64,000 nt of DNA from Dehalococcoidia bacterium (GTDB taxonomy: Bacteria; Chloroflexota; Dehalococcoidia; UBA2979): positions 256,001 through 320,000 of the forward strand of contig OZ219871.1 of NCBI GenBank assembly GCA_964291495.2, in the 5' to 3' direction. Within the stretch, counting starts at the first letter, position 1. Every line of letters starts with the position of its first letter. The notes beneath the pieces were generated by a model, which saw nothing but the letters and a program-made list of their open reading frames with translations, was not told where the DNA came from and made no database searches. Shown piece by piece: positions 39,264 to 49,148 of this stretch. A program made the position numbers and the translations under genes.

Positions 39264-40006
39264 CGCTCGTCAAGATCTGCGGTAACCGCACACCCGCCGA
39301 CGTACTCAATGCGGCCGAGGCCGGCGCCGACTTCGTGGGGATGATCTTCGCCGAGTCGAAGCGTCAGGTGGGCCTGGGCGAGGCGCAGGCGATGGTGCGG
39401 GCCCTCGGCGATCCGCTCGCCGCGCACGAGATCGCGCTGCCGCCGCCCGCTCGCGGCCACGCGCGGGAAGACGAGCGCGAGTGGTTCCGCCACGGCGCGC
39501 AGGTGATCGAGGCCTACCTCGAGGCGAAACGCCCACTCACCGTCGGCCTCTTCGCCGACCAGCCGATCGAGGAGGTCAACGAGCTGGCGCTCGAGTCCGG
39601 TGTCGATCTGGTGCAACTCTCCGGCGACGAGAGCTGGGAAGACTGCCTGCTCGTCGCCCGGCAGGTGATCCAGGTGGTGCACGTCTCGCCGCTCGACTCG
39701 CCCTCGGACCCGATGAGGTACGTCGAGCCCGGGTTCGCGATCGCGCTCATGCTGGACTCGGCGCACGGCCCTTATCGGGGCGGATCGGGCCGCACATTCG
39801 ACTGGGAGGTCGCGCGCATCGTTTCCGCCGAGCTGCCGATGCTGCTGGCCGGCGGCCTGACGCCCGAGAACGTCGGCGAGGCGATCGAGCGCGTCCGCCC
39901 CTGGGCCGTCGACGTATCGACCGGGACGGAGCGCGACGGGCGCAAGGATCCGGAGCGCGTGCGCGAGTTCATCGAGGCTGTGCGCCGCCAGGACGCCACA
40001 GCCTGA
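39260..40006 (+). CDS. trpF: Phosphoribosylanthranilate isomerase
   Basis: VKICG, VQLSG, GGSGRTFDW, LAGGLTPENV, VDVSTG. Confidence 0.93.
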   Translation: MTLVKICGNRTPADVLNAAEAGADFVGMIFAESKRQVGLGEAQAMVRALGDPLAAHEIALPPPARGHAREDEREWFRHGAQVIEAYLEAKRPLTVGLFADQPIEEVNELALESGVDLVQLSGDESWEDCLLVARQVIQVVHVSPLDSPSDPMRYVEPGFAIALMLDSAHGPYRGGSGRTFDWEVARIVSAELPMLLAGGLTPENVGEAIERVRPWAVDVSTGTERDGRKDPERVREFIEAVRRQDATA

Positions 40007-40073
40007 CGCCCGCCGGCACTCGGCCGTCGCGCGACGCGGCCAGTGAAGCGGGTGCGGCGGAACTACAAGCCAG

Positions 40074-41267
40074 CTAGAGGCGCAGCAGGCCCCGGATCGA
40101 GAAGCCCGAGGGAATCTCCGGGCGCGCGGTGAACGCAAGGTGTCCGACGTGGTGGTTCTCGGTGCAGCCCGCCAGCGACTGCTCGGCCTGCACGGTAACG
40201 TGCCCGATGCGGTACTTGTCGTGCGCCAGGTCCTGAACGCCGGAGATCAGCTCGTCGATGTCGCCCTCGTACGAAGGGTCGACCAGGACGTGCGCGGTGA
40301 ACGCCTCGTCGTTGGAGGTGATCGTCCAGCAGTGGACGTCGTGGATCAGCTGGACACCCTCGATCTCCTCGATGTCGGCGCAGAGGCTGTAGACGTCGAC
40401 GTGCTCCGGGGTGCCCTCCAGCAGTACGTGGAAGACCCGCGTCACCAGGCCCCACGAGGAGGCGAGAATCAGGATGCCGATGATGATGCTGATGATCGGG
40501 TCGGCGATGACCCAGTCGAACGCCAGCACGAGGACGGCCGCGACGATCACACCGACAGAGCCGAGCAGGTCGGCCAGCACATGCTGGAAGGCGCCCTCGG
40601 CGTTGAGGCTGTGCTCCGCCGAGGCGTGCAGCATGTACGCGGCGATCAGGTTCACGATCAGATCGCCGGTCCCGACGATCAGCACCGGCAACCCGTCGAC
40701 GTGCACCTCCTCGACCGCGAAGCGGTGGTAGGCCTCGAAGAAGATCCAGGCGACGATCAGCCATAGCGCGAAGGCGTTGAGCAGCGCCGCCAGCACCTCC
40801 GTGCGGTAGAAGCCGAAGGTGCGCTCCGCGGACGCCTCGCGCTCGGCGAACCACATCGCGAGCAGCGCGAGGCCGATGGCGGCCGCGTCGGTGGCCATGT
40901 GCCCGGCGTCCGCCAGCAGCGCGAGGCTGCCCGAGGCCAGCCCGCCGATGATCTCGGCCAGCATGTAGCCGGCGATCAGGAACAGGCTGATCGTCAGCCT
41001 GCGACGGCTGAGCCCTCGCAGGTCGTGCGCGTGATCGTGGTGGGCGTGGTCGTGTCCATCGTGGTCGTCGTGGTCGTGGGCATCGTGGTCGTGTTCGTCG
41101 TGGCCGTGTTCGTCGTGGCCGTGTTCGTCGTGGTCGTGGTCGTCGTGGTCGTGGTCGTCGTGGTCGTGCCCGTCGTGGTCATGGTCGTCGTGGTCGTGGG
41201 CGTCGTGGTCGTGGGCGTCGTGGGCGTGCTCGTCGTGGGAGTCCGCTGCTGGCCTCAGCGTCGACAT
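40074..41267 (-). CDS. czcD: Cation diffusion facilitator with long His/Asp-rich N-terminus
   Basis: SLALLADAGHMATD, TFGFYR.E, AFQHVLAD, DVHCWTITS, HVTVQ. Confidence 0.92.
   Translation of the reverse strand: MSTLRPAADSHDEHAHDAHDHDAHDHDDHDHDGHDHDDHDHDDHDHDEHGHDEHGHDEHDHDAHDHDDHDGHDHAHHDHAHDLRGLSRRRLTISLFLIAGYMLAEIIGGLASGSLALLADAGHMATDAAAIGLALLAMWFAEREASAERTFGFYRTEVLAALLNAFALWLIVAWIFFEAYHRFAVEEVHVDGLPVLIVGTGDLIVNLIAAYMLHASAEHSLNAEGAFQHVLADLLGSVGVIVAAVLVLAFDWVIADPIISIIIGILILASSWGLVTRVFHVLLEGTPEHVDVYSLCADIEEIEGVQLIHDVHCWTITSNDEAFTAHVLVDPSYEGDIDELISGVQDLAHDKYRIGHVTVQAEQSLAGCTENHHVGHLAFTARPEIPSGFSIRGLLRL
41025..41237 (-). repeat. Low-complexity CAC/GAC coding repeats (HDDHD-type pentapeptides)
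   Basis: Repeated tcgtggtcg units on the + strand. Confidence 0.9.
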
Positions 41268-41407
41268 GGCCGCCGGTTATCCCCCTACGCGCAGAACGCC
41301 CAGAGCCTGAAGGCTACCCCACGGGGCGCGCCTCCAGGCTCGTGCTCTCTCCCGGCAAGTTCGACCGTTGCAGGCAGACGACCCTTGCCGCAACCAATTC
41401 CCGCTTG

Positions 41408-41743
41408 CTAGTGGGAGTGGTGCTCGTGCTCGTCGCACTCGTGCTCGTCGTGCACGTGGGCGTGGTGCTCGTGCTCGTCGCACTCGTGCATGTCGTGCTC
41501 GTGCCCCGGCTCGCCGTGGTGCTCGTGCTCGTCGCACTCGTGCTCGTCGTGCACGTGGGCGTGGTGCTCATGCTCGTCGCACTCGTGCTCGTCGTGCCCG
41601 GCGCCGTGCGCATCGCCGTGGTGGGCGTGATCGTGCGCGTGGTGCTCGTGCTCGTCGCACTCGTGCATGTCGTGCTCGTGCCCCGGCTCGCCGTGATGCT
41701 CGTGCTCGTCGCACTCGTGGACATCGTGGACTACCTGTACCAC
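41408..41743 (-). CDS. His/Glu/Asp/Cys-rich repeat protein, putative metal-binding or storage protein
   Basis: SD AGGAGG 5 nt before GTG41743; six HECDEHEHH motifs; codons mostly end in C/G; co-oriented upstream of czcD. Confidence 0.75.
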   Translation of the reverse strand: MVQVVHDVHECDEHEHHGEPGHEHDMHECDEHEHHAHDHAHHGDAHGAGHDEHECDEHEHHAHVHDEHECDEHEHHGEPGHEHDMHECDEHEHHAHVHDEHECDEHEHHSH

Positions 41744-41836
41744 CAAATCCTCCTGACCCTAAATCGCTTCTGGCTTGCGATATTAACAGGTCTGGATAAC
41801 TTGAGTCTATGACTCCAACCGAAAACCGCTCGCTAG

Positions 41837-41905
41837 GAGAAGATAAGACTTAGTATCAACTGCAACAAGAAGCCCCGTCCGAGAAGATAAGACTCAGTAT
41901 CAACT
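41837..41905. promoter_or_regulatory. Two 25-bp direct repeats, putative metalloregulator operators
   Basis: GAGAAGATAAGACT(T/C)AGTATCAACT at 41837-41861 and 41881-41905; GATA-N8-TATC dyad; AT-rich promoter region. Confidence 0.6.
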
Positions 41906-42331
41906 ACGATCGTTCCATACGTGTGGCGCGGTTAGTTGTTGGTTCGTCGATTCTTTTCCTGCAGTTAACTGTTAACCTGGTGAGTGCTCCATTGCACAAC
42001 TCAAAACGTGGCCACTTTGTTGCTGGGGGGTTCGCCCGTCTCCAGAGTCGACATGTGACCGGGCACGCACGCCGAGCGCGTCCAGACCCTCGCCTCATGT
42101 CGGGAGCGCCATCGCCGGGCGCCCGGCCCTGGCCGGGCGCCGCCTCACGCGCGCCCGTGAGGCCGATCGGGCCCCGCGGAGGGCGGGCGCGGAGTTCCTC
42201 GCGGCGCCGCGGCAGCCTGCAATTCGGCGAAGCTTTCGTCGCCCACCGATGGTCGGGCCCCACGTATACTCCAACCGGGCTATACTGCGGCCCTGCCACC
42301 AATCGCGAGCGAGGGGTCAGGAGACGGAGTT

Positions 42332-42670
42332 ATGGAAATCAACGCGGAGCGCGACGGCGCGACGGTCATCGCCAGGCCGACGGGGCGCCTTGACGGCTCC
42401 AACGCGGGCGAATTCCAGGAAGCCCTGGAGTCGGCCATCGACGAGAGCGACCGCGCCCTGGTCCTGGACTTCGAGCAGATCTCCTACATCAGCAGCGCCG
42501 GGCTGAGGGTGATCCTGCTGACGGCGAGGAACCTCCAGGGCAACGGCGGCCAGATGGCGCTCTGCTCCCTCGACGCTCCGATCCGCGAGGTATTCGCTAT
42601 CAGCGGCTTCGACACGATCATCCCGATTCACGGCACCCGAGACGAGGCTCTGGCGGCAGTCGGCGGCTAG
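42332..42670 (+). CDS. STAS-domain anti-sigma-factor antagonist (RsbV/SpoIIAA-like)
   Basis: GRLDG, LVLDFEQISYISSAGLR, REVFAISGF. Confidence 0.92.
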   Translation: MEINAERDGATVIARPTGRLDGSNAGEFQEALESAIDESDRALVLDFEQISYISSAGLRVILLTARNLQGNGGQMALCSLDAPIREVFAISGFDTIIPIHGTRDEALAAVGG

Positions 42671-42720
42671 TCCGCCGCCGTCGCACTGGAACGCAAGCGC
42701 GCACTCCCCCGAACGATGCG

Positions 42721-43872
42721 ATGACCCACAAGATCCTGGTCGTTGACGACGAGCCCGATCTCGAACCCCTGGTGCTCCAGCGCATGCGCCGCGCCATCCG
42801 GCGCGGCGTCTACGAGTTCGTCTTTGCCCGCAACGGCGTGGAGGCGCTGCAGAAGCTCGACCAGGAAGACGACATCGACATGGTCCTCTCGGACATCAAC
42901 ATGCCCGAGATGGACGGTCTGACCCTGCTGGAGCAGATTCCCACGGTGAATCCGGATATCCGGGCCGTGATCATCTCCGCCTACGGCGACATGCAGAACA
43001 TTCGCACAGCCATGAACCGCGGCGCCTTCGACTTCGTGACCAAGCCGCTGGACTTCGACGACCTGCGGATCACCGTCGACCGCACGCTCCAGCACGTCGA
43101 GGAGTGGCGCGAGGCGCTGAAGAGCCGCGACCGGCTGGTGACGCTGCAGAACGAGCTGGACGTCGCCAGCAAGATGCAGCAATCGATCCTCCCGACATCC
43201 TTCCCCAGCGGACCGAACTACAGGGTCTTCGGGACCATGGAGCCGGCGCGAAACGTGGGCGGCGACTTCTACGACGTGGTTCGCCTGCAGGACGACCAGA
43301 TCGGCCTCGCGATTGCCGACGTGTCCGGGAAGGGCGTGCCCGCCGCGCTGTTCATGATGTCCAGCCGCACCCTGCTCAAAGGCGCGGCGATCGCCTTCCA
43401 CGAACCCGGTGAGGTCCTCTCGGAGGTCAACAACCTGCTGCAGGAGGACGACACGGCCGGCATGTTCGTCACCATGCTGTACGCCACGTACAGCCCCTCC
43501 ACCGGGGTGTTCTCCTACGCGAGCGGGGGCCACGACCCGCCACTCGTGATTCACGCCGACGGCAGCTCCACCCTGCTGCCCCTGACCGGGGGCCTCGCCC
43601 TCGGCGTGGTGCCCGGTATCGAGTACCGGCAGGAGAGCTACACGCTCGCGCCCGGCGACACCGTCATCCTCTATACCGACGGGGTAACCGAAGCCACCAA
43701 CATCGACGACGCGCTGCTCGGCATCGAGGGCGTGCGCGAGCACTTCGGGCCCGGGCACCTGTCTGACGACGCCGAGGAGACCGGCATGGAGGTCATGAGG
43801 GTCGTCCGCGAATTCACCGGCGACGCCCCACAGCACGACGACATCACCTGCCTGACCCTGCGACAGGGGTAG
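42721..43872 (+). CDS. Receiver + PP2C/SpoIIE phosphatase (RsbU-like)
   Basis: ILVVDDE, SDINMPEMDG; VGGDFYD, ADVSGKGVPAA, YTDGVTEA, DDIT. Confidence 0.93.
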   Translation: MTHKILVVDDEPDLEPLVLQRMRRAIRRGVYEFVFARNGVEALQKLDQEDDIDMVLSDINMPEMDGLTLLEQIPTVNPDIRAVIISAYGDMQNIRTAMNRGAFDFVTKPLDFDDLRITVDRTLQHVEEWREALKSRDRLVTLQNELDVASKMQQSILPTSFPSGPNYRVFGTMEPARNVGGDFYDVVRLQDDQIGLAIADVSGKGVPAALFMMSSRTLLKGAAIAFHEPGEVLSEVNNLLQEDDTAGMFVTMLYATYSPSTGVFSYASGGHDPPLVIHADGSSTLLPLTGGLALGVVPGIEYRQESYTLAPGDTVILYTDGVTEATNIDDALLGIEGVREHFGPGHLSDDAEETGMEVMRVVREFTGDAPQHDDITCLTLRQG

Positions 43873-43876
43873 CGAG

Positions 43877-44296
43877 TTGAGCACGTCATTGCTACTGACC
43901 ATGAAGACCGACCGCGACGAACTGGAGCGGATCGTCGCCGCTATCGAGAACCTCGCGGAAGAGGACGACTGGCCGGCCGACCTGCTCTTCCGGGTCAACC
44001 TCGTGCTCGAAGAACTGAGTCTCAACATCATCGACTACGGGCATGACGACGACACCAGCGACTTCGAGATCGCCTTCATGTCGGAAGAGGACTCACTGAC
44101 CATCGAGATCGTCGACGGCGGACGGGCGTTCGATCCCCTGAACGACGCTCCGGAGCCGGATCTCAGCTCCGGAGTCGCGGAGCGGCGCGTGGGTGGTCTC
44201 GGCGTCCACTTCGTGCGCACGCTGATGGACGACGTGCAGTACGAGCGCTCCGCGGGCAAGAACCGCTTGAAGATGGTCACACGCAAGGTCAGATGA
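43877..44296 (+). CDS. Anti-sigma factor / serine kinase (RsbW-like)
   Basis: LVLEELSLNIIDYG, DGGRAFDP, RVGGLG, KNRL. Confidence 0.88.
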   Translation: MSTSLLLTMKTDRDELERIVAAIENLAEEDDWPADLLFRVNLVLEELSLNIIDYGHDDDTSDFEIAFMSEEDSLTIEIVDGGRAFDPLNDAPEPDLSSGVAERRVGGLGVHFVRTLMDDVQYERSAGKNRLKMVTRKVR

Positions 44297-45555
44297 GACG
44301 CATGCGCCCCGCGCGAGTCCACTGGCTGGCGGGGGCCTGCCTGGTGCTTGCCACAACGCTCTTCACGGGATGCACCGGCGGCGACGACGGCGTGGCGACC
44401 GCGACACCCACCGCAGAGCCGACCGCGACCGCCGCAGCCGGTACGCCGGGCGTGTCCGGGGACCGGATCCTGTTCGGGCAGTCCGCCGCGTTCAACGGAC
44501 CCGCCCAGGAGCTCGGGAAGAACATGCGGATCGGCATCGAGGCCGCGTTCTTCGAGGCGAACATCGCCGGCGGAGTCCACGGGCGCACGATCGATCTCGT
44601 GTCGTTCGACGACGCCTACGAGCCGGAGGCGGCGATCGCCAACACCCAGCGACTGATCGAGGAGGAGCAGGTCTTCGCCCTGATCGGAGCGGTCGGCACG
44701 CCCACATCGCGCTCGGCCACACCGATCGCCGCGGACGCAGGCGTGCCCTACATCGCACCATTCACCGGCGCCGCGTTCCTGCGCGACCCGGACTGGGACA
44801 ACATCATCAACCTGCGCGCCTCCTATAACCAGGAGACGGAGGAGATGGTCGCGAGGCTGATCGGCGACCTCGGCATCGAACGCATCGGCATCATGTACCA
44901 GGACGACTCCTACGGCCGCGCGGGCTATGGCGGGTCTCTGGCCGCACTGGAGCGGCGCGGTCTCGAACCCGTGGCAGTCGGCGTCTATCCCCGCAACACG
45001 ACGGCCGTCAAGACGGCGCTCCTCGACCTTCGCGAGGGCAGCCCGGACGCCGTAATCATGATCGGCGCCTACGAGCCGATGGCGGCCCTCATCAAGTGGG
45101 GGCGGGCGACCGGGTTCAACCCCGTGTTCCTCAACGTCTCGTTCGTCGGCAGCAACGCGCTCGCCCGGGAGTTGGGCCCCGAGGGCGCCGGGGTTGTCGT
45201 CACGCAGGTGGTCCCGTTCCCGGACGACGACTCGCTTCCGGTGATCTCCGCCTACAAGCGGGCCCTGAGACTCTACGCGCCCGACGCCGTGCCCGGTTTC
45301 GTCTCGCTCGAGGGATACCTCGCCGGCCGGCTCGCCATCGAGGGGCTCGAGCGCTGCGGGCGCGATGTGGATCGCGCCTGCTTCATGAATGCGGTTTTGG
45401 GGGCCGACCCGATCGACATCGGGGGGTTCGGCCTCAGCTTCGGCGAGGGCGACAACCAGGGCTCCGATGCCGTGTTCATCACGGTGATCGGCGCCGACGG
45501 CCTCTACCATCCCATCGAGACGCTGCAGGACGTGGAGACATGGTCGACAAACTGA
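44293..45555 (+). CDS. Type 1 periplasmic-binding lipoprotein (LivJ-like), probable sensor partner
   Basis: FTGC lipobox, GQSAAFNG, GGVHGR, DDAYEP, LRASY; no permeases nearby; overlaps the kinase gene. Confidence 0.85.
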   Translation: MRRMRPARVHWLAGACLVLATTLFTGCTGGDDGVATATPTAEPTATAAAGTPGVSGDRILFGQSAAFNGPAQELGKNMRIGIEAAFFEANIAGGVHGRTIDLVSFDDAYEPEAAIANTQRLIEEEQVFALIGAVGTPTSRSATPIAADAGVPYIAPFTGAAFLRDPDWDNIINLRASYNQETEEMVARLIGDLGIERIGIMYQDDSYGRAGYGGSLAALERRGLEPVAVGVYPRNTTAVKTALLDLREGSPDAVIMIGAYEPMAALIKWGRATGFNPVFLNVSFVGSNALARELGPEGAGVVVTQVVPFPDDDSLPVISAYKRALRLYAPDAVPGFVSLEGYLAGRLAIEGLERCGRDVDRACFMNAVLGADPIDIGGFGLSFGEGDNQGSDAVFITVIGADGLYHPIETLQDVETWSTN

Positions 45556-47717
45556 AGCGCCTGATCGAGAGCCGCTTCCGGATCTCGACCCAGCTCTATC
45601 TGGCGATGGGTGGCGCGGTCGTGCTGACCCTGGCCGCCAGTCTGGTCGGCTGGTTCTCGTTCAATGAGGTCGGCGAGGTGCAGAGCCAGGTCAACGAGGG
45701 CAGCGTGCCGGAACTGGCGGCCGCGTTCGGTGTCGCACAGTACAGCGGCAACCTGGTCGCCGCCGCTCCCAACCTCACCGTCGCCGCCACTCCCGAGGAG
45801 TTCGACCAGGTGGTCCGCAACATCGACGCCGCCTACGCCTCCTTCGAGGAGCACATGGTCATGCTCGAGCAAGGCAACGCCGAGCGCGATCGTGTACTGA
45901 GCATCCGGGAGCGCGCCGACACGATCATCGCCAACATCGAAGCCATTCAGACCGAGACATCCGGCGTCTTCGACCTGACCGCTCGCCGTGAGGCGCTGCA
46001 ACTCGAACTGACCCAGGTGCGCGCACGGCTGGACGACGCGCTCGCCCCGGCGATCGACGACCAGCTCTTCTACATCCTGACCGGCTGGCGCAACCTCTCG
46101 GCGCCCCCGGCCGCTCGCGAGGAGCACCTGTCCGAGGACCAGATGGTCCGCTACCGGCGTCTGGCCGAGTTGCAGGCGGACGTGAACATCGCCACCGAAC
46201 TGCTCGCGAACGCCTTCACACTCCCAGATGCCTCCCTGATCGAGCCGCTCAGGGAGCGCTTCGAGTCCACCGCCAGCCGCATCGAGAGGAATCTCTCGGC
46301 CCTCGTCGGTTCGTCCTTCTACGTTGAGACCGCGCCCATCTTCGACCAGCTGTTCGCCCTTGGCTCGGGCGAGGACAGCGTGTTCGGCGTGTTCGCGGCC
46401 GAACTGAGGATCGCGGAACGGCAGGCGGAGCTGCTCGGCCTCAACCGCGATCTCTCCGTGGAGCTCGTTGCGGAGGTGAACGGCCTGGTCGGCGCGGCCC
46501 AGGCAAGCACCGAGGAAGCCACCGAGGCGTCCACCCAGGCGATCTTCACCGGCCGCGTGCTGCTGCTCGCCATTATCGCGATCAGCATCACCGGCGCGCT
46601 GCTCATCACCTGGCTCTTCATTGGCCGCGTGCTGCTGCGCCGCATCGGGATGCTCTCCCAGTGGATGCGTGACATGGCCCAGGGTGACCTCGAGGTCCGC
46701 GCCGACATCGGCGGACGGGACGAGGTCGCCGAGATGGCCGCCGCCCTCGATGTGTTCCGGCGACACGCCCTTGAGGTGCAGCGCCTCAACCTCGTCGAGC
46801 AGCTCGCCGAGGAACTTCAGGGTAAGAACGACGAGCTGGAAGACGTGCTGGCCCAGCTGCAGCAGGCGCAGGACCAGATCGTCCTGCGCGAGAAGCTGGC
46901 CGCCCTCGGCGAGCTGACCGCAGGCGTGGCCCACGAGATCCGTAACCCGCTGAACTTCGTGAACAACTTCTCCGAGGCCTCCGGCGAGCTGGTGGACGAA
47001 CTGAAGGAGATTCTCGAGGAGGAAGGCGTCGAGCTCACGGAGGAGCAGCGCGATCTCGTTGACGAGATCACGAGCGATCTCACCAGCAACGTCCAGCGCA
47101 TCCACTCGCACGGCGAGCGCGCGAATCGCATCGTGCAGGACATGCTGGCCATGGGCCGGGGTTCGCAGGAGTGGCAGGCCGTGGAAATCAACGCGCTGGT
47201 GGACCAGCACGCGCTGCTGGCCTATCACAGCGCCCGCGCGACGAACCCCGACTTCCAGCTCGACATCCAGCGGGAATTCGATCCGGACGCGGGCGAGCTC
47301 GAGGTCATCCCGCAGGACCTGGGGCGCGTGTTCCTCAACATGGTGAGCAACGCCTGCCACGCGACCAACGAGCGGCGCGTCGCCGGCGAGGGAGACTCCG
47401 AACGCTACTGGCCGACGCTCACCCTGATCACGCGACGCGAGGACGGCGAGGTCCAGATCCGCATCCGCGACAACGGCCCCGGCATCCCGCCCGACATCAT
47501 CGAGAAGATCTTCAATCCCTTCTTCACCACCAAGCCTACGGACCAGGGCACCGGCCTCGGGCTGGCGATCTCGAGCGACATCGTGCGCCGCCACGGCGGC
47601 CACATCAGCGTGGAGTCGGAGCCGGGCGAGTTCACCGAGATGATCGTCGCGCTGCCGCTGGAGCGGCCGCCGGAGCTGGATCCGACCGCGCTGGCCGCCC
47701 ACCCCGGCTTCGAGTAG
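45540..47717 (+). CDS. Membrane sensor histidine kinase (long helical extracytoplasmic domain, HAMP, HisKA, HATPase)
   Basis: Two TMs, [40 protein letters not shown]. Confidence 0.92.
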   Translation: MVDKLKRLIESRFRISTQLYLAMGGAVVLTLAASLVGWFSFNEVGEVQSQVNEGSVPELAAAFGVAQYSGNLVAAAPNLTVAATPEEFDQVVRNIDAAYASFEEHMVMLEQGNAERDRVLSIRERADTIIANIEAIQTETSGVFDLTARREALQLELTQVRARLDDALAPAIDDQLFYILTGWRNLSAPPAAREEHLSEDQMVRYRRLAELQADVNIATELLANAFTLPDASLIEPLRERFESTASRIERNLSALVGSSFYVETAPIFDQLFALGSGEDSVFGVFAAELRIAERQAELLGLNRDLSVELVAEVNGLVGAAQASTEEATEASTQAIFTGRVLLLAIIAISITGALLITWLFIGRVLLRRIGMLSQWMRDMAQGDLEVRADIGGRDEVAEMAAALDVFRRHALEVQRLNLVEQLAEELQGKNDELEDVLAQLQQAQDQIVLREKLAALGELTAGVAHEIRNPLNFVNNFSEASGELVDELKEILEEEGVELTEEQRDLVDEITSDLTSNVQRIHSHGERANRIVQDMLAMGRGSQEWQAVEINALVDQHALLAYHSARATNPDFQLDIQREFDPDAGELEVIPQDLGRVFLNMVSNACHATNERRVAGEGDSERYWPTLTLITRREDGEVQIRIRDNGPGIPPDIIEKIFNPFFTTKPTDQGTGLGLAISSDIVRRHGGHISVESEPGEFTEMIVALPLERPPELDPTALAAHPGFE

Positions 47718-47884
47718 TCGCCGAACGCCGCCCGCTCCCGGTCCCGCCCTCGCGGCAGCCCGTGAGGCAGGTCAGCGGTATCATCGAGAGCACCGCGCGC
47801 GCGGCGAAGAGGGTGCGACATGGGCGCGTTCCCGGTACCGATCGAACCGCCGCCCATCGTCGCTGCAGCGACGCAGGCGTCCGC

Positions 47885-49099
47885 ATGACCGCCACCACGG
47901 ACCGTCCCGCCCTCCCCGACGAACGCGGCTACTTCGGCGCCTTCGGCGGTCGCTACGTCCCCGAGACGCTGATGCCCGCCCTCGCCGAGCTGGAGGAGGC
48001 CTACGCCGCCGCCCGCGAGGACGCGACGTTCGGCGAGGAGCTCGACCGGCTGCTGGGCGAGTTCGTCGGCCGGCCCACGCCGATTACGCGCGCCGACCGA
48101 TTGGCACAGCGCATCGCGGGCGGAGGCGCGCCGATCGTCTACCTCAAGCGCGAGGATCTGACCCACACCGGCGCGCACAAGATCAACGCCGCGTTGGCGC
48201 AGGGCCTGCTCGCGCAGCGCATGGGCAAGCCGCGCATCGTCGCCGAGACGGGCGCCGGTCAGCACGGCGTGGCCACCGCCACCGCCTGCGCGTTGCTCGG
48301 CCTCGAATGCGTCGTCTACATGGGCGCGGAGGACGTGCGGCGGCAGGCGCTCAACGTCTTCCGCATGAAGCTGCTGGGCGCCGAGGTGCGCACCGTCGAG
48401 TCCGGCTCGCGCACGCTCAAGGACGCGATCAACGAGGCGATCCGCGACTGGGTCACCAACGTGCGCACCACGCACTACCTGCTCGGCTCGGTCGTCGGAC
48501 CGCACCCCTACCCGCTGTTGGTCCGTAACTTCCAGGCCGTGATCGGCCACGAGGCGCGCACGCAACTGCTCGAGGCCGAAGGACGGCTGCCCACGGTCGC
48601 GCTCGCCTGCGTCGGTGGCGGGTCGAACGCGATCGGGCTGTTCCACGCCTTCGTCGACGACCCGGTGCGGCTGATCGGCGTCGAGGCGGCGGGCGAGGGG
48701 CTGGACGGGCGGCACGCGGCCCCGCTGGCGGCGGGCGAGCCCGGCGTGCTGCACGGCTCACGCTCCTACCTGCTGCAGGACGAGCACGGACAGGTCACCG
48801 AGGCGCACTCGATCTCGGCTGGCCTCGACTACCCCGGCGTTGGGCCGGAGCACTCCTGGCTGAAGGTCAGCGAGCGCGCCGAGTACGTCTCCGTGACCGA
48901 CGAGGAGGCGCTCGCCGCCTTCCGCCTGCTGAGCGAGACCGAGGGCATCATCCCCGCGCTGGAGCCCGCGCACGCGCTCGCCCACCTCGCGAAGCTGCTG
49001 CCCGAGCTGGGCGAGGACGAGTTGGTGCTCGTCAACCTCAGCGGGCGCGGCGACAAGGACATGGGCACGGTCGCCGACGCGCTCGGCGTCACGCTGTAG
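47885..49099 (+). CDS. trpB: Tryptophan synthase beta chain
   Basis: [45 protein letters not shown]. Confidence 0.97.
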   Translation: MTATTDRPALPDERGYFGAFGGRYVPETLMPALAELEEAYAAAREDATFGEELDRLLGEFVGRPTPITRADRLAQRIAGGGAPIVYLKREDLTHTGAHKINAALAQGLLAQRMGKPRIVAETGAGQHGVATATACALLGLECVVYMGAEDVRRQALNVFRMKLLGAEVRTVESGSRTLKDAINEAIRDWVTNVRTTHYLLGSVVGPHPYPLLVRNFQAVIGHEARTQLLEAEGRLPTVALACVGGGSNAIGLFHAFVDDPVRLIGVEAAGEGLDGRHAAPLAAGEPGVLHGSRSYLLQDEHGQVTEAHSISAGLDYPGVGPEHSWLKVSERAEYVSVTDEEALAAFRLLSETEGIIPALEPAHALAHLAKLLPELGEDELVLVNLSGRGDKDMGTVADALGVTL

Positions 49100-49148
49100 C
49101 GGGCAGCCCGCCGTTCTAGAGTCTCGGCCGAGGCCCTACTATTGCTCC

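Noticed and set aside
41314-41812. Alternative frames over the His-rich gene (Ser/Thr-rich 41314-41724 minus; Val/Leu-rich and Arg/Ala-rich plus frames)
   Set aside because: These are shadow frames of the repeat; only the His frame has a well-placed SD, C/G third positions and a matching neighbour
41025-41905. Possible CRISPR array in the repeat-rich region
   Set aside because: The repeats are in-frame coding units with reused linkers; the 25-bp repeat has only two copies with a 19-nt gap; no cas genes are present
41910-42330. Cobalamin or other riboswitch in the long intergenic region
   Set aside because: Only isolated GCCACT and AGACC words; the core GGGAA, GGTG-AA-TCC and ACTGT elements are absent
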